From positions 69,312 through 133,311 of the forward strand of contig QPMI01000114.1 of the NCBI GenBank assembly GCA_004431415.1: a stretch of DNA of 64,000 bases, in the 5' to 3' direction. This document shows positions 12,301 through 20,031 of the stretch, piece after piece. Position 1 is the first letter of the stretch; every line of letters starts with the position of its first letter. This DNA comes from Cyanophora paradoxa CCMP329 (taxonomy: Eukaryota; Plantae; Glaucophyta). The notes below the pieces were generated by a model, which was given only the letters and a program-made list of their open reading frames with translations, ran no database searches and was not told the DNA's origin. Both the position numbers and the translations under genes were made by a program.

Positions 12301-15300
12301 CTCTGCCTGCTCCCCTACGAATACTCGAATTTAATACCGACCCCCCGGCAAGAGGACACACATCTGTGCCTGTCCATCACACGGGCCCTAGCCGCGTCTG
12401 ATCATGCCTTCGCCAACTGGACGGCGTTCGCAGCGAACGGATGGGTGCTAGGCCTCTCAGGGACGGAAACTAAACTTGACCGTCGTTTCATCCTGACTTC
12501 CCAACTTTCTCCCGCCCTCCTAGCCAGGGCCGGCGTCTTTCTCATGGAATGTGGCCTCTTCACGATGGCCCACATCACAGTTCGGATTCATGGCGAAGTC
12601 TGCATCCCAACCTGGTCAGAGCTCTGGCAGCTTTGCCGAGTCCCCTACACAAAACGTAAACAGCCGGAATGGTGGGATTGGCTACGCGAAGAACTGTCCG
12701 AACGCGAACACTGTGACGAAGCGGAGGGCCCCACCTGGCCCCGCCCGATCCGCGCAGAATTTTGCATGCCTCTACTCTCCCGCCCCCTTGATATTCGCCA
12801 AGCAGTCCGCACTAGCCCCCTCATCGCCAAGCTCACCCCCGGCACGCCGGTCTGGACTTCAGCGGGCTATCTAGCCGAGGTCGTATCCACGCCCCTGATA
12901 GCAGACCCGGATGCGGCGAACCTTGATCCAGAGGCAGCAGCGGAGACTGAAAAGGTCTACATGGTTCACCTGCGCCACTGGCGGCTGGACGACTCTGAGC
13001 TCCGTGACCGCAATGAAATTATCGCAGGGACCGCTGGGGAGAAGGCTTGCTTTGTCCCCTGTCCAGCGCCATCATACTGCGGCAGCGCCCGCCTGCACAA
13101 GCACCTCGGCCTAGCTACTGATGTGTGCGAATGGCACGAATGGGCCACCCATGTACGGGTGGCTCGCATCGCTGATGCAGGCCCGCCGGGGCATCCTTCC
13201 AAGCGCTCTCGCCGTGCAGCCGACGTGCCGTTCGTCCCCCCACGGGCGCTCAACAGACGCAACAAACCCGCCCCTGAGACTCTCCCACCTGCAAACCTGA
13301 CCCAAACACTCCCGACCGCGGCACAGAAACGGCTCGCAAGGCTGAACAAAAAACTAGCTTTTGTCGGGCTCCCGACGAACCGGCAAGACTTCCGCTTAGC
13401 CTCCGGCCCCCGCCCACGCCGAATCCGTTCCCTGCCCCCGCGGCCGGTGCACGACTCGGAGTCAGAGGGTGCCGAGGCACATGCACAGCCCCGCTCGATT
13501 TACTACGAAGTACCCGAGGGGGCCGCCCGCTCCATCTGGCTCGAGCTGGCCCCCTGGTGGGAAGAATTCCAGGACGAAGCGGGGCAGCTCGACGTGGCTG
13601 AAGCGAAGCCCCCCCCCCCTGCGCGACGTGAAGACCTGAATCCATTTCTTATTCCATCGGCCCACAGGAACACAACGAACCCGCCGGCGGCACTAGCTCG
13701 GGTGATCGAGGCTACACACGCGCCAGCATCCGATGCACTCGCGACCTCAATCTGGACCGACGGGAGCACTCGACACGCAGGGAAATCCACAGCTGCAGTC
13801 AGAACGACGTTTGGAGTGTTCATCCCCGCAGCTCGTAATCCTCAGTTGCGCTCCACAGTAACTTTCTCAGCTCGTGTTAGCGGAGTCCAATACAACATCG
13901 GCCTCGGCGAGCTTGAGGCTGTCATGCTCGCGCTCACGTACCTCGGCAAGGATGGAGGCACCCTCACGCTCGACAGCAAAGGCACAATCTCGCTTCTGCT
14001 GCGCTTCTGCCTTACGGGAAGCAGTCTTCTCCTTCGAAAAATCCTCCGTAGCCCGTACTGCGACACAATCCTGGCAATACGTGCTATTGTCGCAGCCCGT
14101 GAACGAGCAGGCTACGTCCCCCTACCGACTCTTAACTGGACCCCAGCCCACGAGCCGAAAACCATCCCTAAAGCTGAACTTGAGCCCCGACTAGCCCCCC
14201 TGGGACCAACCTGCCAGCCCTCAGGGGCTGCCCCGCCACGCATGCCTTTCGACGCCACCCGCCCCTACGTCGCGCGCCCTGGCCCCGCCCCGCCTCCACG
14301 CAGCCAGCCCTCTCCAGCGGAGGCCACGGCCCGGGAATATCGCAGTGTCTATGGCGGGCTAAATTTTCCCATTGCCTATCTCCACGACGGGCCCCCAGAT
14401 GACGAGGGGCGTGCCCACGTGTATATTGCCCCCCAAACGCTTGGCAAATATGAACAATACTTGGCAAACCCTGAAATCATAGAGCTTGCTCAATTTCGAA
14501 CGCCGCACCACCTCCTACTTGACCTTGCCGCGGCTACCCCCGATCTGGCAGCACACCCAGACAAGCAATGCATAATCTGGGAGACTGCTATTCGCATTCC
14601 GAAGGCCCACACACGAGTGCTGCCCGATAACTCTCTCGTGATAACGGCTCCAGCAGACTTCCTACGCCGCTACTCGACCTGGCTCGCCGCCCTTCCGCAT
14701 CAATATCGCAACCGTATCAGTCTCCACTGCACCTCCCCCATCAACCCCATATTCTGGCCCGAAGTTGACGTGTCCCTCCCAACAACAGGCCCGTCACGCA
14801 CGGAGTACTGGGATGCACTCGCAGTCCGAGCGAATGCACGTCGCAATTACCCTCTCACTGGCCCTCCGTCCCCGACCGGGGCACGGCGCGACCAGACCAC
14901 CTGGCTCACCTCGCCGCCTCGATGGCAGCTGGCTGAAAACGGTTCATTCCCGGCTGAACACCCCGCCTGGCACTGGGACGAGGACCTGCCCCTGTCCCCC
15001 AGCGACCCCACGGCAGCGTATCACCGCTGCGACCCGGACCGCCCGTGCACTTCCCTTGATTTCGTCCTTCAGGACTGGCGAGCGGGCCCCGCCCCCCTGT
15101 GCACCTTGTGCCACCCGCCCGTCTTGCCCAACACTCCTTGCCCAATCCTGCCCGAGCGGCCCTCGCATGGCAAGTTCACAGATGCAGACGCACTCCGTGC
15201 ATACCACCCGCCCCCGCCCACTGTGGGGGCCTCAGCCGCCTACCCCAACTACCGTGCTGCGCCGCTGCCGCCAACTCTACGCCAGCAACTGCAGGCGGCG

Positions 15301-18300
15301 TCTATGCGTAACCCTCTCACGCTCTCCAATCATGAAGCCGCATCTGCGCTCCTACTTCAAGAACATCCCCTTCACGAGCAGCACGTAATTGCGTTCCTCC
15401 GCCTCGTAGCTCGTCGAGCCGTACACGAACGGGCCCGGACGCCAGGCCTCCCCAACTGTATTTTCATCTCTCCCCGGGCAGCCAGACGGGCCCTCCTGGA
15501 CCCCGACTGCCCTCCGGAATTCATTTGCTCAAACAAAGCGACTCTCCGGCCGAACGACGTTGACTACCTCCTGCTCCCCCTCCCGCCCATCCCCGGGCCT
15601 GATGGTCGAGCACTTCTTCGCCACTGGCGCCTGGCGATTATTTCTCCACGCACCCGAGTTATACGGGTCATTGACGGCTCCCACACGCCCTGCTCCGATG
15701 TCCTCCCCGAGCTTCAAGCCTGGGCAAACGCGTGGCAGGAGCAAGCCGGGGGCCCAGCCCCGCAATGCCCCCGCTGGTTCTGCGACGCTAGCACCCTCAA
15801 CTCGCCGAGCTGGCCCGGTGCAGAACACGGCGAAGATGCCCTGCTAGTAATGGCGGCCGCGGACTACATCGCATCGGGCTACATCTCACGCATGACTGGG
15901 GCTGCCCCCGGCAAATTATCGCGCACAATTCTCCCGGCAATCCGGCTCCGGTACGCCGCTGCTCTCTACCTTTCAGACCTCAGCCTCACTGGACAAGGCT
16001 ACAAGCCAACGAAGCCTTCCTTCCCCGCTGACTGGTCCGGGCCCACTCATGGCCACCAATCCGAATTCGAAGTGGACCTGCCAACCGCGACGACGGCACT
16101 ACCGGAGCCCCCGTCGACACCCGTACCGAGCTTTGCACCGGCACCCGCGTTCACCGACATGCCCTCACCGATACCAGAGCTTGCAGCGTGCTCGGTGTCT
16201 CCTCCCACCCCGCCACCGGTCTCCTCCGTGCAAGCACTGGCGGCGGGCCCTCAGGTGCCGCCCCCTGTGCCGCCCCTCCCTCGAACTCTCTCAGAGGCCG
16301 AGAAAGCCCTGCTTCCCCAAATCCGCATCATCTGGGGCCCAGCCCTCAACCGAGGTGACTACGCAGCGGAGCACGCCGTCGTTGGGTACCCACGCGCTCA
16401 CACTACGCCAGAGAGCCGGCCATCCCGCTCGCCGGCCCCGGCACTCTACGTCGCAGACCTCGCCTGCCTCTACACAGACCTACCCCCTGCGACAAGAGGC
16501 GGACGCACTAGATATAGGACCATCGCAAGCGCTCTACCCCGTGGAGTTCCGGATCGAGTGGTCGATGCCTTCCTCGACGTCCTGGCAGCCCGACCGGCGT
16601 GCAGCGGGGGCGACGTTTGCTTCCTCCCCACTGCAATCTCCACGGCCGGTGCAGGTGCCCAACCTCACACTCTTAACCCCGCACAGACCCTGCAATATCT
16701 GCCGCCACGACCATTACGGTCGTATCGCATGGTTTTCTTCCCCGCTCTGGTCCCGTCCCGCCTCCCGCACCGGGAAGGGGACCCAGCCGACCACTGGGTC
16801 CTCCTCCTCATTGCCCCCAGACAACGCTCGATCAGCATCTACGACGGCGGCAACCGGAGCCGACCAGACCGGACTGCCTTAGGCCTTGACCTTGTCCGAA
16901 TTTGGCTTCGACGGGATGATGAACCCTTCGCCCCGTCTCTCTGGACATCCTTCTCGACAGATGCCTGCGACGGCCCCATTCAGATCGACCGCTCCTCCTG
17001 CGGGATCCTTCTTCTCATGACAGCCTACGTCCTCTCTGGCGACCCGTCGACGCAGCGCCTCAGCACACTCATCAGGGATTCCCCGGAACGGCTTAGGACC
17101 TACACCCAATTCATTGTACTTGCCCTTTACCTCGGCACCACTGACATAGGCCCTGACCCCTTTCCCACGGATCAGCTCACGCTTGCAACTCCAGAAACAG
17201 CCTGTGCTCCACCGCTCGGCAGTCGGCGCCGGCGAACCTTGCACCGCGGTGGCACGCTGCCGACGCCGCCTGAATCTGAAGTCGGTGAAGACGGCGAGAC
17301 CCGCTTAACACTTGAAGACAACTGGCAGGAGAGCGACAGCGAAGAGGGCTCCCTCGTGGCTCACTCCTGCCCTTCCTCGCCAACGCTCATCACATTGCCA
17401 GACCCGGCAGCAGACCCCCCGCCTAAATCCGATGAAGCTGCCTTCGCCCAGGTCGTAGGGAAACTACAGAGAGAACGGAGGCTGCACATGCCTCGCGCCG
17501 AAATTCTCTCTAACCTTACCCGCCCGGCATCGCTCCGCGCAGCTGAGGTGGCCACCCTTGCCGAAGAGGACTCGAAGCCGCCCCCACCGGCCCCCGCCCC
17601 TGACCCGACCAAGAAAGACCGTGCACGAGCCCGCCGGGCGCCGGGAGCGGAACTAGTTCCCAACCCAGCGTACGACTGTTACAACGACCAGGCCGACCGC
17701 CTCGCGAAAAGCTGCAACGATGGGCCTTCCCCTGCCCTCCTATACCTTCCCGCAGGATGCGGGTCTACTACCCCACTCATACGCTACGGCACCAAGTCTG
17801 GATCTGCGGAGCCGCCAACCGGCACAGAAAAGTACGCCGGCCACCTCTTGGCGTACCGTGTGAACGGCGACCCGCGCAAACACATGGACGAGGAAGCTCA
17901 CCTTGTGGACTTCATTCAGTGGAGCTGTCAGCTCGAAGCTGGTAGACTCCTGCGCTTCACTGGCGGCCAAATCGACGCCGCCCTCGCCCTCATGTCAGCA
18001 CACCGCAAAGATGGACGCCGCAAGACCCAAGCTGGGGTTCAGCTTCGCGCGACGCGCTCAAAACTACTGACTGCATCTTTGGCCACACTGCGAGTTCGTG
18101 CTTGCACGCGCCCGGACATCTATGCGGCAATCTGCCCCGAGGGACCAATTTGCCCCCGCTGTCGCCTCGCCGAGGAAGACTTCGACCACATCTGGGTATG
18201 CCCTGCCGCCGCTACTGCCGTCAACACCTTTCGACTAGCCGCCCGCGAGCACATCCTCAAACACGTGATGCAGCACAAGCCGACTGGACTCTGCAGCTCC

Positions 18301-19863
18301 TGGGAATCGCTATTCCCCTTCCTGCTAGACCCTGACATGCCCAGCCCTCCGCTCGAGTTCGCTCCGGACTGCCCACTAGGCCAAAAACTAGCAATTCTCG
18401 AAGCAGCTGACCTCCTTCACCAATTCGAATTCCGCGCTCTCTTCCAGCTTGTCGCCCCGCAAGGAATTCACGCCCTACTCCGCGCATTCGGAGTTCGAGC
18501 TCTAGCCACGACCTCGAAGCAAGCAGTGAACGGCTTGGTGCAACTGGCGGACGAACATGCACGGACCATTTGGAAAACCCGCTGCGACGCAGTCATAGCC
18601 TGGGAACAGGAACACGGCATCACGTCGGGCAAAAAACGCACCAAGCGGGCTCAGGCCTCGATGCTGGCCCAGGCCTCTACTACGCCGGCCCCGGCACCAA
18701 TTCCTCTCAACCCGACTACCCGATGCTCCTCGCTCGAACGCCAACAAGTCACAATCACGGAGTACCTCGGCGGGGCAGCCCCCGCCCTGGCGGCCGAGCT
18801 GGCGACGTTCACCTGGAAGAAGCCGGAAGAGGAACCTACTCAACAGCCTCCCCGACGCAGCGCCCGCCTCCGCGAACTCGACGCGCGACGCCCTCGCTGC
18901 GACACCTGCGGGACACGCTTTGCCTCCGCCCGTCTGTGCCTCCGCCACCTCGCTACAGGTCTCTGCGTCGACAGCGCAGCGGGAGTCGGATTCCAGCTCG
19001 TCCGCAATCCTAGCCCCTCCCAGCCCACGCCCCCGACGAACGACCTGGAACTACCTCTTCTCTACCCCCCGCAGCCCCCCGCCCGCGTAGCAAAGCGGCC
19101 TGCGGTCACGCCTGCAGCGCCCCCAACATCAGCTAAACGCTTCAGAGACGAGCACGGGGCCCCGCAGCTCCCGCCACCGTTCACCAGCAGGCCCCCACCC
19201 GCTGGCTCCAAACGTACGGCGGAGGATGACGGGGCAGCCCCGGCCTCCAGCGCCAAACGTCGCCCAGGGATAACGCCGTCAGAACTAAGCCACCCTCCGA
19301 GCAACAAACGCAAACACGCCCCGGCCCCTCGGAAGCCCCCAGGAAAGAAACGCGGCAAGCGTGACGCCTCAGCCCCCCCACCGGACCCCATCCCAGGGCT
19401 CCCTGCGGGCTCCATCTTCAACTTCTTTGCCCCCGGCGAATGGAATCCCGCGGCAGAAGCTACAGAGCGGCCGCCTAGCATGCGCACCCCTGCGGGCCAG
19501 GCAACCCCGAAACCCCGGAAAAAGCTCCGACACCGCCAGCCAACCCGACTGGAAGAGCGGCCCCCGCTGCCCCAGCCGCCGCCACCGCCGCCGACGCCGC
19601 TGCCGCCGCCCCCCCCCAAGCCGCACACACCTCGAAAGCCCCGCAGCATACTCCAGTACCTCCCAGACATGTGCGCAACCTGCGGCTGCCGCCGCATCCA
19701 CCACGACGCGCTCACCCCTCCTGGCCCGGCCCGTCTCCCTAACCTGCTCTGCCCATCCCGGCACGCACGCCAGCTTCTCAGCTCATCACTGCGACTGTCA
19801 GCCACATACCACTTCCTCCATGTCGACCCCTCGGGACACGACATCCTGAAATACAAGGGCTAG
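9343..19863 (+). CDS. LINE-A polyprotein: APE C-terminus, RT, split RNase H containing two Ulp1/C48-like domains, CCHC knuckle, C-terminal Zn motifs
   Basis: ARLDGV...RSDHFPV (APE tail); LRPITL, DIASAYDSV, GLPQGG, YADD at 11629; WTDGS 13753, GELEAV, LDSK, WTPAH ending 14151, then NDQADRLAK 17683; HW/YD/QxxxxxCG at 16792-17004; CPRC..DHIWVC at 18151; IWKTRC..WE. Confidence 0.93.
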   Translation, partial: DFWTTLLYDWRLTDLGTPGDVTWVKSARPHAENPETPAPQRLHTAARLDGVMASEALAARMQATRTLYTARILTAIRSDHFPVIASFNIEGLLPSLDNEGNTVRPSVRPQAQPLPPVFSYLAQPAETRVKAKMHVQTWLARSSHLVNLILRPAEHQRTHPKYPTRVKRAVHTLMHALVEAIKYAAESPDLSDAQLLQYRQRRDRAPSVFTPGTKEQDSGILLQVQGCLSAWARHADKSGPPPALAPDSANDSSSSPLHYLTQLEQTVEFHNFEVAQRPETEFHYYPVPLEAAPIFPGASDRATPEECWSRYFAAQRHMAALDAHRQGFQTDKLSRNIDARRHMLSRSSSMGQAIQILFDKFRSTVKPYLTKLVDGIVHVITAPQAVLTEYKEFFDERFWYPRDAAVTPERIRARLALHPERAEHWIRQYAPLPHVQLATFDGMTDMPDDRELSARLATTSDGAGGPSGLTNGMLKMIFFPPRLSKADRQLLTLKHSHAEVDAWASTEFWTTSRDVIKAIVKATLEGHICDHLLRGQVFTIPKRDNATDLGSLRPITLQEVLWKLVTGILTDRLDSRLEDHQVLRGPNYGFRRHESTDPVLYAVRAALEDAHDHRKPIYIGLGDIASAYDSVSWESMEASFRRLRMHEHPAGRAYIQLHAYAARHRTAAILTPHDRTEWFQVRCGLPQGGIEAPLHWRIFYDTVLTAIDEEARTANIGYRMGPLPGTPSGKLRDFAPGTTGAARPGETYRVPAGPRSFLSILAYADDTTMFADSPHTLQRFFQWLSEFLHIHNIRLNAKKSEVAFWRPDWRPSRPLTLAPIKVGLGPQAEPIGTIHQPNDAFRVLGVFFTASLDWGHQFRLLLSHARTAMHLLGPKYLSVDEFRTVLHRVIYPKLAYPMRIMTLSAARCAQLERVWSEVFRHAAGHAKSTSTPALYLLYQLRHVSTLLLQSQTLDERLRLETTYILPDSLTGQLHRQRILDTQARNGLCLLPYEYSNLIPTPRQEDTHLCLSITRALAASDHAFANWTAFAANGWVLGLSGTETKLDRRFILTSQLSPALLARAGVFLMECGLFTMAHITVRIHGEVCIPTWSELWQLCRVPYTKRKQPEWWDWLREELSEREHCDEAEGPTWPRPIRAEFCMPLLSRPLDIRQAVRTSPLIAKLTPGTPVWTSAGYLAEVVSTPLIADPDAANLDPEAAAETEKVYMVHLRHWRLDDSELRDRNEIIAGTAGEKACFVPCPAPSYCGSARLHKHLGLATDVCEWHEWATHVRVARIADAGPPGHPSKRSRRAADVPFVPPRALNRRNKPAPETLPPANLTQTLPTAAQKRLARLNKKLAFVGLPTNRQDFRLASGPRPRRIRSLPPRPVHDSESEGAEAHAQPRSIYYEVPEGAARSIWLELAPWWEEFQDEAGQLDVAEAKPPPPARREDLNPFLIPSAHRNTTNPPAALARVIEATHAPASDALATSIWTDGSTRHAGKSTAAVRTTFGVFIPAARNPQLRSTVTFSARVSGVQYNIGLGELEAVMLALTYLGKDGGTLTLDSKGTISLLLRFCLTGSSLLLRKILRSPYCDTILAIRAIVAARERAGYVPLPTLNWTPAHEPKTIPKAELEPRLAPLGPTCQPSGAAPPRMPFDATRPYVARPGPAPPPRSQPSPAEATAREYRSVYGGLNFPIAYLHDGPPDDEGRAHVYIAPQTLGKYEQYLANPEIIELAQFRTPHHLLLDLAAATPDLAAHPDKQCIIWETAIRIPKAHTRVLPDNSLVITAPADFLRRYSTWLAALPHQYRNRISLHCTSPINPIFWPEVDVSLPTTGPSRTEYWDALAVRANARRNYPLTGPPSPTGARRDQTTWLTSPPRWQLAENGSFPAEHPAWHWDEDLPLSPSDPTAAYHRCDPDRPCTSLDFVLQDWRAGPAPLCTLCHPPVLPNTPCPILPERPSHGKFTDADALRAYHPPPPTVGASAAYPNYRAAPLPPTLRQQLQAASMRNPLTLSNHEAASALLLQEHPLHEQHVIAFLRLVARRAVHERARTPGLPNCIFISPRAARRALLDPDCPPEFICSNKATLRPNDVDYLLLPLPPIPGPDGRALLRHWRLAIISPRTRVIRVIDGSHTPCSDVLPELQAWANAWQEQAGGPAPQCPRWFCDASTLNSPSWPGAEHGEDALLVMAAADYIASGYISRMTGAAPGKLSRTILPAIRLRYAAALYLSDLSLTGQGYKPTKPSFPADWSGPTHGHQSEFEVDLPTATTALPEPPSTPVPSFAPAPAFTDMPSPIPELAACSVSPPTPPPVSSVQALAAGPQVPPPVPPLPRTLSEAEKALLPQIRIIWGPALNRGDYAAEHAVVGYPRAHTTPESRPSRSPAPALYVADLACLYTDLPPATRGGRTRYRTIASALPRGVPDRVVDAFLDVLAARPACSGGDVCFLPTAISTAGAGAQPHTLNPAQTLQYLPPRPLRSYRMVFFPALVPSRLPHREGDPADHWVLLLIAPRQRSISIYDGGNRSRPDRTALGLDLVRIWLRRDDEPFAPSLWTSFSTDACDGPIQIDRSSCGILLLMTAYVLSGDPSTQRLSTLIRDSPERLRTYTQFIVLALYLGTTDIGPDPFPTDQLTLATPETACAPPLGSRRRRTLHRGGTLPTPPESEVGEDGETRLTLEDNWQESDSEEGSLVAHSCPSSPTLITLPDPAADPPPKSDEAAFAQVVGKLQRERRLHMPRAEILSNLTRPASLRAAEVATLAEEDSKPPPPAPAPDPTKKDRARARRAPGAELVPNPAYDCYNDQADRLAKSCNDGPSPALLYLPAGCGSTTPLIRYGTKSGSAEPPTGTEKYAGHLLAYRVNGDPRKHMDEEAHLVDFIQWSCQLEAGRLLRFTGGQIDAALALMSAHRKDGRRKTQAGVQLRATRSKLLTASLATLRVRACTRPDIYAAICPEGPICPRCRLAEEDFDHIWVCPAAATAVNTFRLAAREHILKHVMQHKPTGLCSSWESLFPFLLDPDMPSPPLEFAPDCPLGQKLAILEAADLLHQFEFRALFQLVAPQGIHALLRAFGVRALATTSKQAVNGLVQLADEHARTIWKTRCDAVIAWEQEHGITSGKKRTKRAQASMLAQASTTPAPAPIPLNPTTRCSSLERQQVTITEYLGGAAPALAAELATFTWKKPEEEPTQQPPRRSARLRELDARRPRCDTCGTRFASARLCLRHLATGLCVDSAAGVGFQLVRNPSPSQPTPPTNDLELPLLYPPQPPARVAKRPAVTPAAPPTSAKRFRDEHGAPQLPPPFTSRPPPAGSKRTAEDDGAAPASSAKRRPGITPSELSHPPSNKRKHAPAPRKPPGKKRGKRDASAPPPDPIPGLPAGSIFNFFAPGEWNPAAEATERPPSMRTPAGQATPKPRKKLRHRQPTRLEERPPLPQPPPPPPTPLPPPPPKPHTPRKPRSILQYLPDMCATCGCRRIHHDALTPPGPARLPNLLCPSRHARQLLSSSLRLSATYHFLHVDPSGHDILKYKG

Positions 19864-19872
19864 CAAGAAGGT

Positions 19873-19923
19873 CCGGGGGGGAGGGGGGGGACGGGGGGGG
19901 AGGGGAGGGGGGGGGGGGGGGGG
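19873..19923 (+). repeat. Poly-G tract (G-quadruplex-prone) just after the LINE-A stop codon
   Basis: ~50 nt of almost pure G. Confidence 0.85.
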
Positions 19924-20010
19924 CGCAGGTCTCGGAGCGCGGCGTCGAACTCGTCACGCTGGTCGGAGCTGGACTTCGAACGGCGGCGGCGACTGCGAGC
20001 GCACCGGCAC

Positions 20011-20031
20011 CGCGGACCCCTTCCTCCTACC
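20011..20031 (+). repeat. TSD of LINE-B (21 bp)
   Basis: cgcggaccccttcctcctacc, identical at 28311-28331. Confidence 0.92.

Noticed and set aside
14152-17682. Intein or intron explanation for the RNase H insertion
   Set aside because: No Cys/Ser start, no HN-C/S/T end and no GT-AG at the boundaries; 3.5 kb fully in frame
18151-18700. Dualen/RandI-type second (restriction-like) endonuclease
   Set aside because: No RH or PD-(D/E)xK motif after the CCHC; the L1-like IWxxRC motif follows instead
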